A stretch of 13,736 nucleotides of DNA from an uncultured Pseudomonadota bacterium. Lineage in GTDB: Bacteria; BMS3Abin14. Below the pieces are notes generated by a model. The model had not been told where the DNA came from, ran no database searches, and saw only the letters and a program-made list of their open reading frames with translations. The stretch lies in NCBI GenBank assembly GCA_964454175.1, contig CAYVSA010000053.1, positions 1 to 13,736 of the forward strand, given 5' to 3'. Both the position numbers and the translations under genes were made by a program. This document shows positions 1 through 6,887 of this stretch, one piece after another. Positions within the stretch are counted from its first letter, which is position 1; every line of letters begins with the position of its first letter.

Positions 1-60
1 GGTTAGAGCATGCGGCTCATATCCGCAGTGTCCGGGGTTCAAGTCCCTGCACCGCCACCA
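1..60 (+). tRNA. tRNA-Met (CAT), probably elongator; 5' end lies outside the window
   Basis: D-loop end GGTTAGAGC; anticodon stem TGCGG/CCGCA with loop CT-CAT-AT (CAT at 18-20); T-arm CGGGG-TTCAAGT-CCCTG; acceptor 3' strand CACCGCC + A + encoded CCA (58-60). The anticodon stem lacks the three consecutive G:C pairs of initiator tRNA. The inferred G2:C71/C3:G70/G4:C69 pairs fit elongator Met better than Ile2. Confidence 0.92.
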
Positions 61-69
61 GTCATCTAT

Positions 70-95
70 AAAGCCCCTTTCCTGGGGCTTTTTTT
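70..95 (+). terminator. Intrinsic terminator after the tRNA
   Basis: AAAGCCCC-tttcct-GGGGCTTT hairpin running into a T-tract (89-95). Confidence 0.9.
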
Positions 96-114
96 GGTTG
101 AAACTGGAAATGGT

Positions 115-180
115 CAATCACTAATGCCTAATCTGTAATGCTCTAATATTTAGTTCACCAATGTCTAGTGCTCTGATTTT
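115..180. repeat. Degenerate tandem repeat of mostly alternating 7- and 8-nt units (YAATnnn/YAATGYTC)
   Basis: caatcac taatgcc taatctg taatgctc taatatt tagttcac caatgtc tagtgctc tgatttt; resembles the reverse complement of the array at 10775-10819. Confidence 0.6.
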
Positions 181-297
181 TTGCTTAAAAAAACCTTGTA
201 TTGAAGAACTCAATGTGTTAGTAATGTTAAATAAGTCTGAATTGGGAGGAAGCGATCCTTCGATTAGGTCACTTAAGTTCCTCCCGGGAGAATGTTT

Positions 298-1350
298 ATG
301 CTTGCTGAAAAAATGGAAACTTCCAGATATAAGCGAAACCCTAAGATCCTGGTAGTCGACGATGAAACAATTGTCAAGCAGGTGGTTCTGGATTTTCTGG
401 AAATGAAGGGTTTTGAGGTCAGCGGGGCTGATAACGGCAAGGAAGCCCTGGAGGTCCTCTCCGGAAGTGAGTTCGACCTGGTGCTCAGCGATATCCGGAT
501 GCCCGAAATGGACGGTATCGAGCTACTCAAGAAAATGCGAAAGCTATATCCAGACACTGGTGTGATCATGTTTACCGGGTTTGCCGACATCCACGCCGCG
601 GTTGATGCTATGAAACTCGGGGCCTTCGATTACGTGGCCAAACCGTTTAATTTCGACGAGCTCCTGCTGAACGTTGAAAAGGCCCTCGAGAGGGGGAATC
701 TGGTTAAGTTGACAAAAGAGTATCAGGAGACCCTGGAAAAGAAAGTCATGGAACAGGCTGCCAGGATCAGATCCATCTTCACGGAGGCAGTCGGGTCCCT
801 CACAAACGCCATCGAAGCAAAGGACCACTACACCAGGGGGCACTCTATTCGGGTAACGCAGTTCGCGTCCTGGCTTGCCAGGGAGGCCGGTTTCGAATTC
901 GAGGTCGTCAGCGATATCGTCCTTGCCTCCCAGCTGCATGACATTGGGAAGATGGGTATAGCTGACGGGATACTCAACAAACCTGGGAAGCTGACCGATG
1001 AAGAGTTCGACCTGATCAGGGATCACTCTATGATGAGTGTGAGGATCCTGGATCCCATACTGCCCGCCAGGCCCCTGAGCTTTGTCAGGCACCACCACGA
1101 GCGGTGGGACGGCAGGGGATACCCGGATGGCCTGAAGGGAAAGGATATCCCCATCGGGGCGAGGGTGATCGCAGTGGCAGACACATTCGATGCCATGACC
1201 TCAAAGAGAGCCTATCGAGACGCCCTCCCTGTGGAGAGGGCTTTCGAGGAGATAGATAAGTGCACCGGGTCACAATTCGATCCGGAAATTGCGCCGCATT
1301 TCAAGGCGGCCTTTGAGAAGCACAAGCTCGAACTCGAGGAGGGCAAGTAG
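298..1350 (+). CDS. Response regulator with REC and HD-GYP domains (RpfG-like c-di-GMP phosphodiesterase)
   Basis: REC motifs ILVVDDE, LSDIRMPEMDG (phospho-Asp), MFTG, AKPF. HD-GYP motifs EAKDHYTRGHS, LHDIGK, HHHERWDGRGYPDGLKG, ADTFDAMTSKRAYR. ATG 298 chosen because GGGAG (286-290) lies 7 nt upstream; ATG 292 and 313 are alternatives. Confidence 0.93.
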   Translation: MLAEKMETSRYKRNPKILVVDDETIVKQVVLDFLEMKGFEVSGADNGKEALEVLSGSEFDLVLSDIRMPEMDGIELLKKMRKLYPDTGVIMFTGFADIHAAVDAMKLGAFDYVAKPFNFDELLLNVEKALERGNLVKLTKEYQETLEKKVMEQAARIRSIFTEAVGSLTNAIEAKDHYTRGHSIRVTQFASWLAREAGFEFEVVSDIVLASQLHDIGKMGIADGILNKPGKLTDEEFDLIRDHSMMSVRILDPILPARPLSFVRHHHERWDGRGYPDGLKGKDIPIGARVIAVADTFDAMTSKRAYRDALPVERAFEEIDKCTGSQFDPEIAPHFKAAFEKHKLELEEGK

Positions 1351-1556
1351 CTGGATCGGACAGGTGTTAAGGAAAAACCGGTCTGACCGGCTTGTAATGT
1401 ACTAAAGTCTGAGCAAAGGGGTGCTGCAGAGGAGAGCGGATCGGACAAACCTGTATTTTGTCGTAAAGTAGAGTCTGAAGTCACTAACAGGATCCGGGAA
1501 AAGGGGTCCCGGGCCTATGCCGAACGAGAGAATCCATGCGGTGGCTCTCCCTCCAG

Positions 1557-1593
1557 AAAAGGCTCCAGTCATGATGGCATGGCTGGAGCCTTT
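1557..1593 (-). terminator. Long hairpin terminator after acnB, probably bidirectional between the convergent genes
   Basis: AAAGGCTCCAGTCATG (1558-1573) / CATGGCTGGAGCCTTT (1578-1593), 16-bp stem with one non-Watson-Crick pair; short T-tracts on both strands. Confidence 0.8.
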
Positions 1594-1616
1594 CAGATCT
1601 CGGGCAACTATTCCAG

Positions 1617-4208
1617 TTAGAATTTCAGCGGTACAATTATACTTGTCTGATCAGGCATAATGCGCTTTTTGTAAACGTCCATATACTCCTTGGCGGATGG
1701 TATCCTGCCCAGAACTCCCGACATGGCCGCCACGAGGGATGAGCCCAGAAACACCTGAGCGCCAGTACCCATCCTGTTATCAAAGTTCCTGGTGCTGGTG
1801 GAAACTACCGTTGCGCCGGTGGACACCTGTCCCTGGTTTCCCATGCAAAGGGAGCACCCCGGGACATGAATGTTCGCCCCCGCCTGCATTAGCCTCTGGT
1901 GGATACCCTCGTTAGCAAGCTCAATGTTGCTTTCCCGGTCAGGGGGAACCGCCCAGAACCGGACGTTCTCTGGAACCCTGTCACCTGTCATGATCCGTGA
2001 GGCGGAGCGAAAGTCAGTGATGTCCACCATGCACGAGCCGATAAAGACCTCGTCTATATCAGTCCCGGCAGCTTCAGACAGGGTCACTATCTTGTCCGGG
2101 TCGTTGGGTGCGGCCAGCAGCGGTTCCGTGATGGTGTTCAGATCAACTTCAATGACATCAGCGTATTGAGCTCCTTTGTCAGCGGTAATTATATCCGGCG
2201 ATTTCAGCCACTTTTTCATGAGATTTACAATAACTTTTATCTGTTTTGAGCTGTTCCTGTTCATGAAGTTCTCTTCCAGGAAGCGTATGTTGTTGGAGAC
2301 GTACTCAACAATCCGCTCTGGACTGTGTGCGAAAACGCACGCTGCTGCAGAACGTTCAGCTGATGTATCGGTGAACTTATAGGACTCTTCCACGCTCATA
2401 TTTTCAAGACCCTCGATCTCAAGGATCCTGTCTGCGAATACATTGACCTTATCGTCACCCTTTTCAAGGTTCAGTTTGCCCCTCTTGAGTGCTGCGTATG
2501 GGATCGCGTTTACCAGATCCCTGGGTGTAATGCCTGGCTGAATTTCGCCCTTGAAGCGGACGAGGACTGATTCAGGCATGTCCAGCGGCAGGTACCCCTG
2601 GCTGGCGGCGAAGGCAACGAGATCGGATCCTGCCGGAAAGCTTATCCCGATAGGGAACCTGGTGTGGCTGTCTCCACCTGTACCAACGAAGTAGGGGAGA
2701 AGTAACCTGTTCCCGTTGGTGTGGATTATCCCATCGCCGGGTTTGAGAGCAATGCCCCCGAGCTTCCGGACGAACTCGGTCAGGGTGAACTGCATTTCGG
2801 CGTCTTTGCTCCTGGGCCCTGCAGCAGTGTGACAAAAGGACTGGATGAACACGGTGGCAAAGTGCGTACAGGCGAGCTCCTCGAGTTCCTGCCTGGTCAT
2901 CTTTCCTGTTGTGTCCTGGGAGTAGACAATGTGGGCCTGCGGCTCTGCATAATCGCCCGGGAGCACTCCCGGCAGCCCTGCTGCCTTGCCAACCAGTTTC
3001 TGGGCCAGGGAAAATGCCTGCTCTTTATCGGCTATTCCGGGTGTGGGAATAGTGACTGAAGGTTCATCAGCGTCAATACCCAGCTTCCTGCAGACATCCA
3101 TCGCCCTTGCGGTCAGCTTGCGGCCGATGATCAGCAGGTTTCTTCCCCCTGCCCTGGTCTCCTCGGAGATGGAAGGTGGGTCTATTGTAAACTCGGTGAG
3201 TACTTTCCCCGAACTCTTTTCGGTAACTTTACCGGCGGCAAAGTCAACATCAACGATCTGGCCTTCTTCGAACTTGCCTGCGGAACAGCGTACAGGAACC
3301 GCACCGCACCCTCTGAGTGTGTTGAAGAAAATGGGTGCGATCTTGGAGGCCATCACGACCCCTCCACGGCGTTTATTGGGAGTGAAGGGTATGTTCGTCC
3401 CGATCCACCATATGAGGGAGTTAGAGGCAGATTTGCGGCTGCTCCCTGTGCCGACCACATCTCCGGCGAAGAGAACCGGTAATCCCGGATTATCTTGCTT
3501 CAGCTTTTCCAGCCTGTCCAGAAAATCTCTGTCGTGGGGGCTGGTGGAGAGCATGGACAGGGCGTGGAGCGGTATATCATCCCTGGTTCCTGCTTCCTGG
3601 GCAGGCGAGAAGAAATCAGTGTTTATCTCACCGGTGGTGTTTGCTACGACGCAGGTTATTTTATCGGGAAGCGGCTCAAGGACGTCGAACCATTTGCCGG
3701 AAGCCCAGCTGGAGAGAATGTCTGCTGCGTGATTGTTGCCCGACCTGGCAAGGTCGGTGATCTCGGTCACCCTGAGAGGTGAAACGAGGATCAGCAGGCT
3801 GAGGTATTCTGCCGCCGCGCTGGCGATCTCATCACTCATCTCAAGAGCCTGGACGAGGTGAGGGATATTTGCTCCGCCTCCCATGTGTCCCAGCATCTCC
3901 AGAGCTTCGAAATTGTCAACATACGGCGAGGAAACTGACCCGGAGACGATAGAACCAAGCCAGTCGGCCTTCACAAAGGATGCATCGGTGACACCGGGGG
4001 GAACTCTTTCGCCAAGGAGGTAGACAAGGGAACGGGCAGTGTCCTTTTCACCGGCAAGCTTCAGGACTCCGGGGTCCAGTTGCTTCTCCTCAAGTGCCTC
4101 GCACAGAGCAGCGGTCTGTTCACCGTCAAGGGGCAGGGGAGGGATGCCCATCGACTCCCGTTCATTTACTTTCTTCATGTACTGAGAAACGAAATCTTCC
4201 AGCGCCAT
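1617..4208 (-). CDS. acnB: Aconitate hydratase B (aconitase / 2-methylisocitrate dehydratase family)
   Basis: 863 aa with AcnB domain order (N-terminal HEAT-like, swivel, catalytic). Motifs GTGSSRKSA, SQDTTG, QSFCHTAA, GGDSHTRFPIGISFPAGS, VFIGSCM, PGCSLCMGNQ (Fe-S ligands), STSTRNF. SD AAGGAGG upstream (about 4215-4221). Confidence 0.96.
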   Translation of the reverse strand: MALEDFVSQYMKKVNERESMGIPPLPLDGEQTAALCEALEEKQLDPGVLKLAGEKDTARSLVYLLGERVPPGVTDASFVKADWLGSIVSGSVSSPYVDNFEALEMLGHMGGGANIPHLVQALEMSDEIASAAAEYLSLLILVSPLRVTEITDLARSGNNHAADILSSWASGKWFDVLEPLPDKITCVVANTTGEINTDFFSPAQEAGTRDDIPLHALSMLSTSPHDRDFLDRLEKLKQDNPGLPVLFAGDVVGTGSSRKSASNSLIWWIGTNIPFTPNKRRGGVVMASKIAPIFFNTLRGCGAVPVRCSAGKFEEGQIVDVDFAAGKVTEKSSGKVLTEFTIDPPSISEETRAGGRNLLIIGRKLTARAMDVCRKLGIDADEPSVTIPTPGIADKEQAFSLAQKLVGKAAGLPGVLPGDYAEPQAHIVYSQDTTGKMTRQELEELACTHFATVFIQSFCHTAAGPRSKDAEMQFTLTEFVRKLGGIALKPGDGIIHTNGNRLLLPYFVGTGGDSHTRFPIGISFPAGSDLVAFAASQGYLPLDMPESVLVRFKGEIQPGITPRDLVNAIPYAALKRGKLNLEKGDDKVNVFADRILEIEGLENMSVEESYKFTDTSAERSAAACVFAHSPERIVEYVSNNIRFLEENFMNRNSSKQIKVIVNLMKKWLKSPDIITADKGAQYADVIEVDLNTITEPLLAAPNDPDKIVTLSEAAGTDIDEVFIGSCMVDITDFRSASRIMTGDRVPENVRFWAVPPDRESNIELANEGIHQRLMQAGANIHVPGCSLCMGNQGQVSTGATVVSTSTRNFDNRMGTGAQVFLGSSLVAAMSGVLGRIPSAKEYMDVYKKRIMPDQTSIIVPLKF

Positions 4209-4315
4209 TTACTTCCTCCTTAAAATTACAATAAATCGCCAGACAAAACCGGCCGGCTGATCGACCATCAGGTGCACATCGATGGTGTAAGTGCCTAATT
4301 TATATAAAAATAACT

Positions 4316-4350
4316 TGGGACCAGGGACCTGGGACCTGGAACCCGACCCC
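4316..4350. repeat. Heptamer tandem repeat (TGGGACC family)
   Basis: tgggacc agggacc tgggacc tggaacc cgacccc. Confidence 0.8.
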
Positions 4351-4363
4351 AGGGCTGCTGTAT

Positions 4364-4391
4364 ATTGTATACAATCCAGCGATGTTGTAAA
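4364..4391 (-). promoter_or_regulatory. Putative sigma-70 promoter of acnB overlapped by the palindrome ATTGTATACAAT (GntR/FadR-type operator candidate)
   Basis: Minus strand TTTACA (4391-4386)-N16-TACAAT (4369-4364); a perfect 12-bp palindrome at 4364-4375 covers the -10. Confidence 0.55.
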
Positions 4392-4415
4392 GGGGTAATC
4401 GGAGGTGAGTATTAG

Positions 4416-4485
4416 TGTCAGGGGTCAAGGTGTATGGGAGTAAGGGGGTGTGGGGGTAAGATCGCGGCCAATGACCAATGACCAA
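4416..4485. repeat. G-rich octamer repeat followed by a TGACCAA heptamer repeat
   Basis: ...gtatggga gtaagggg gtgtgggg gtaag... then gccaa tgaccaa tgaccaa. Confidence 0.7.
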
Positions 4486-4536
4486 CGTGTTTTTTATAAC
4501 TGACAATTGTATTTTTGAATCATCGTTCCCTTGACG

Positions 4537-4596
4537 TGGGATCCGGGACTTGGGTCCTGGGACTGGAGCGAAGCGACCCACCTGGGCCGTGGGACC
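4537..4596. repeat. TGGGACC-family heptamer array with embedded GGAGCGAAGCGACCCAC core (dispersed element, copy 1)
   Basis: tgggatc cgggact tgggtcc tgggact [ggagcgaagcgacccacc] tgggccg tgggacc; 4551-4581 matches 13636-13666 at 29/31 nt. Confidence 0.85.
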
Positions 4597-4599
4597 GAA

Positions 4600-5655
4600 C
4601 TACTGGTTGACGATCTCTATCCTGGCCTTTGCCCTGAAGTCTTTCAGGAGTACTGATATTATCCTTGCCGCTTTTTTGTGGGTCAGCTTGGAAATGATGA
4701 ACTCCCTTACCTCATCAAAGGGACGGACCGTTGCGGGTTTCAGGTCAACGACCTGGATGATGTGAAATCCCAGGCGGGTCTTGATGGGCCGAGTGTATCC
4801 ACCTGCTTTAAGTGCAAAGATATTGCTGTCGATCACTTTCGGCATGGTACCCTGTCTTATCAGGCCCATGTCACCGTCCCTGGTGTCGGCAAAGGAGTCT
4901 TCCGAGTATCTGTGCACCAGGTCTGCGAAGTCGGCTCCCTTTACAGCCTCTTCGTGGATCATCATCGCCTTTGAATAGGCTGTTTCTGTTGTTTCCCTGT
5001 CCTTCCAGGACCTGACCCTGACCAGGATCTGCCTGGCTCGAACTGCAGCCGGGACTGAGAACAGGGCCTGATTCCGGCTGTAAAACAGGCGGGCGTCCTC
5101 CTCTGATACAGTTATGCGGGAGTAAACCTCCTGAGTAAGGTACCTGTTGATCACGAGGTTGCGGAATATGCTCTTTCGGAGGTCATCCTGGGGAGTCGCG
5201 TTGCAGGCCAGGGCGGCGGAAAGTTTTGTCTCGCCGCCGGCTTTCATTATTTCTCTCTGGTAGCGCTCCTCGGCTTCCCCGATAAGCCCCTCGAATTTGT
5301 GTTTGAGCCCCTCCTGGTATAGCAGCTCTATGTCGATGAGGCGCTCGAGGGCTTTTCTGCTGGTCCTTCTGACGGATATTTGAATTTTGCTTTTGTTGGA
5401 CTTGAGCTTTATCGTTCCAGATCGTACCTGACCTGCCTCAACCGCACAGTCGAGGTCGTATTTGTGTATGGCTATCCCGTTCACGAGAGCGACCGGTACG
5501 ACGGTGCTGCTTTCAGCTGAGGACAGCTGAGGAAGGAGCAGAGTCGCGATCGCAGACGCGATTATCAGGAATTTTCTCACGGGATCAAAAAGGAAGGTAC
5601 CCGATTCCCGGGCCAGATGATCTGTAAAGATGTATTCGATCGCAGTTTCCGTCAT
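4600..5655 (-). CDS. Exported parvulin-type peptidyl-prolyl isomerase / SurA-PrsA-like foldase (divergent copy)
   Basis: SurA-like N-terminal region (VALVNG.AI, LERLIDIELLYQE) plus PpiC domain (VRARQILV, FADLVHRYSED, GDMG, TRLGFHII). The signal-peptide-like stretch RKFLIIASAIATLLLPQLSSA suggests the real start may be GTG at 5580. Confidence 0.85.
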   Translation of the reverse strand: MTETAIEYIFTDHLARESGTFLFDPVRKFLIIASAIATLLLPQLSSAESSTVVPVALVNGIAIHKYDLDCAVEAGQVRSGTIKLKSNKSKIQISVRRTSRKALERLIDIELLYQEGLKHKFEGLIGEAEERYQREIMKAGGETKLSAALACNATPQDDLRKSIFRNLVINRYLTQEVYSRITVSEEDARLFYSRNQALFSVPAAVRARQILVRVRSWKDRETTETAYSKAMMIHEEAVKGADFADLVHRYSEDSFADTRDGDMGLIRQGTMPKVIDSNIFALKAGGYTRPIKTRLGFHIIQVVDLKPATVRPFDEVREFIISKLTHKKAARIISVLLKDFRAKARIEIVNQ

Positions 5656-5683
5656 TATCAGCCAGGGCGAATCATCTCTTCAT

Positions 5684-5718
5684 AAAGGCAAAGGGGCGCC
5701 CTTTCCAGTACGCCCCTC
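5684..5718 (-). terminator. GC-rich hairpin between the two PPIase genes; possible weak terminator
   Basis: Minus strand GAGGGGCGTACT-GGAA-AGGGCGCCCCTT then TGCCTTT (interrupted U-tract). Confidence 0.55.
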
Positions 5719-5768
5719 AACGGCTTACCTATAACACTGCGGGATCTTTGTCAACTGTGTATGGCCCC

Positions 5769-6845
5769 TTAATGTGGGGACTGTGTTCTCGGAATTGATC
5801 CCTCCTGTCCGGGGATCGGTGGTGTCTGAGCTGGCTGAAGTTTAACCTCGATGTCAGCTGCCGAGGACAATTCCTTTATCTTGTCTCCAATCTGTTTGTT
5901 GATTTCACCGTTTTTCAGGGAGGCCATGATCCTCTGGGACACCTGTTCGAACGGTATTGACGATTCTGTCTTCCGGTCGGTGACCTTGATTATGTGATAC
6001 CCGAATTCAGTCAGGATGGGGTCGCTGATCTGGCCTATCTTCATGGAAAATGCCGCTTCCTCAAAGGCCTTTACCATCTGTCCTTTTCCGAAAAAACCAA
6101 GTTCACCGCCCTTGGGCCCGCTCGGCCCCTCCGAGTTAGCCCTGGCCAGTTCTGCGAAGTCGGCCCCCTTCTTCCTGGCTTTATCAGCTATGTCCTGTGC
6201 TTTTTTCCGGGCAGTTTCCCTGGCCTCTTCGCTGTCATCTGCGGAAGTTTTGATCAGTATGTGGCTGGCTTTTGTCTGCTCCGGAGTCTTGAATTTTTCA
6301 GGATTCTCTTTGAAAAACTTCCTGGCAGCGGCCTCAGTGACCTCAATCTTGCTGGCTATAGTGCCCTCGATGAACTTTCTGATGGTCAGCTGGCGGTAGA
6401 TGTCCTTTTTGAGGGTTTCTTCTGTAAAGCCTCGCCGGGTCATTTCGGCCTGGAATTCGTCGGCGGCCTTGTACTGTGTTGAAATACTCGTGAATGCATC
6501 CACGACAGCCTGGTCTGAAACGGCAAAACCTTCTTTTTCTCCTGCCTGGAAGAGAAGTTCACCCGTGATCATCTGGTCAAGTACGGATGGGGCAATTTTG
6601 GAGATAAGTTCTTCTGTCAGCGCTTCCTGCTGTCCCATTCCCAGGGCAGCGTTCCTGACTGCGGTGTTAAGTGCCTCAAAAGTTATCTCGTGTCCGTTTA
6701 CGATAGCCGCAGGACCTGACGATGTTCCGAACGCCCCTTTGGCCTGATCCGAGACCTTGCTGCCCTCCCCGGTGCATCCGGCAACGAGGAATAAAGTTAT
6801 GGCAATTAGAGAAAATGGTACTGATATCAATCGAGTGAGTTTCAT
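5769..6845 (-). CDS. Parvulin-type peptidyl-prolyl cis-trans isomerase lipoprotein (PrsA/SurA-like)
   Basis: Signal peptide with lipobox LVAG-C; canonical PpiC motifs [54 protein letters not shown] upstream. Confidence 0.92.
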   Translation of the reverse strand: MKLTRLISVPFSLIAITLFLVAGCTGEGSKVSDQAKGAFGTSSGPAAIVNGHEITFEALNTAVRNAALGMGQQEALTEELISKIAPSVLDQMITGELLFQAGEKEGFAVSDQAVVDAFTSISTQYKAADEFQAEMTRRGFTEETLKKDIYRQLTIRKFIEGTIASKIEVTEAAARKFFKENPEKFKTPEQTKASHILIKTSADDSEEARETARKKAQDIADKARKKGADFAELARANSEGPSGPKGGELGFFGKGQMVKAFEEAAFSMKIGQISDPILTEFGYHIIKVTDRKTESSIPFEQVSQRIMASLKNGEINKQIGDKIKELSSAADIEVKLQPAQTPPIPGQEGSIPRTQSPH

Positions 6846-6887
6846 AAGCTGTGTCCTTTCTGGCGAGATGCCCGGGATCCTTCGGTG

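Noticed and set aside
1-300. tRNA as integration site of a genomic island
   Set aside because: No integrase and no duplicated tRNA 3' end were seen in the window; downstream genes are housekeeping.
1348-1386. Stop-codon read-through or recoding (TAG) of the HD-GYP gene; selenocysteine in the redox genes
   Set aside because: Read-through would add only about 12 residues before a TGA; all main ORFs are full length without internal stops.
2986-3732. Long alternative-frame ORFs (2986-3732 +, 544-1098 -, 9712-10353 -, 10905-11627 +, 11224-11790 -, etc.)
   Set aside because: They are shadows of well-supported genes, expected with GC-rich codon bias, and show no motifs.
4300-4581. 93-aa minus-strand ORF, and minus-strand ORF 13412-13735 sharing GRFAPV(P/S)GP
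   Set aside because: The shared peptide is simply the translation of the 31-nt DNA repeat; the rest is low-complexity, repeat-derived sequence with no recognisable domain.
4316-4596. CRISPR array or DGR/retron-type repeats
   Set aside because: Units are 7-8 nt without unique spacers, the 31-nt copies are 9 kb apart, and no cas or reverse-transcriptase gene is present.
5645-5720. Fluoride or c-di-GMP-I riboswitch upstream of the second PPIase
   Set aside because: Only fragments resemble the motifs (GAGATG...GCTGAT on the minus strand; AAAGGCAAA on the plus strand); the required pairings and other conserved segments are missing.
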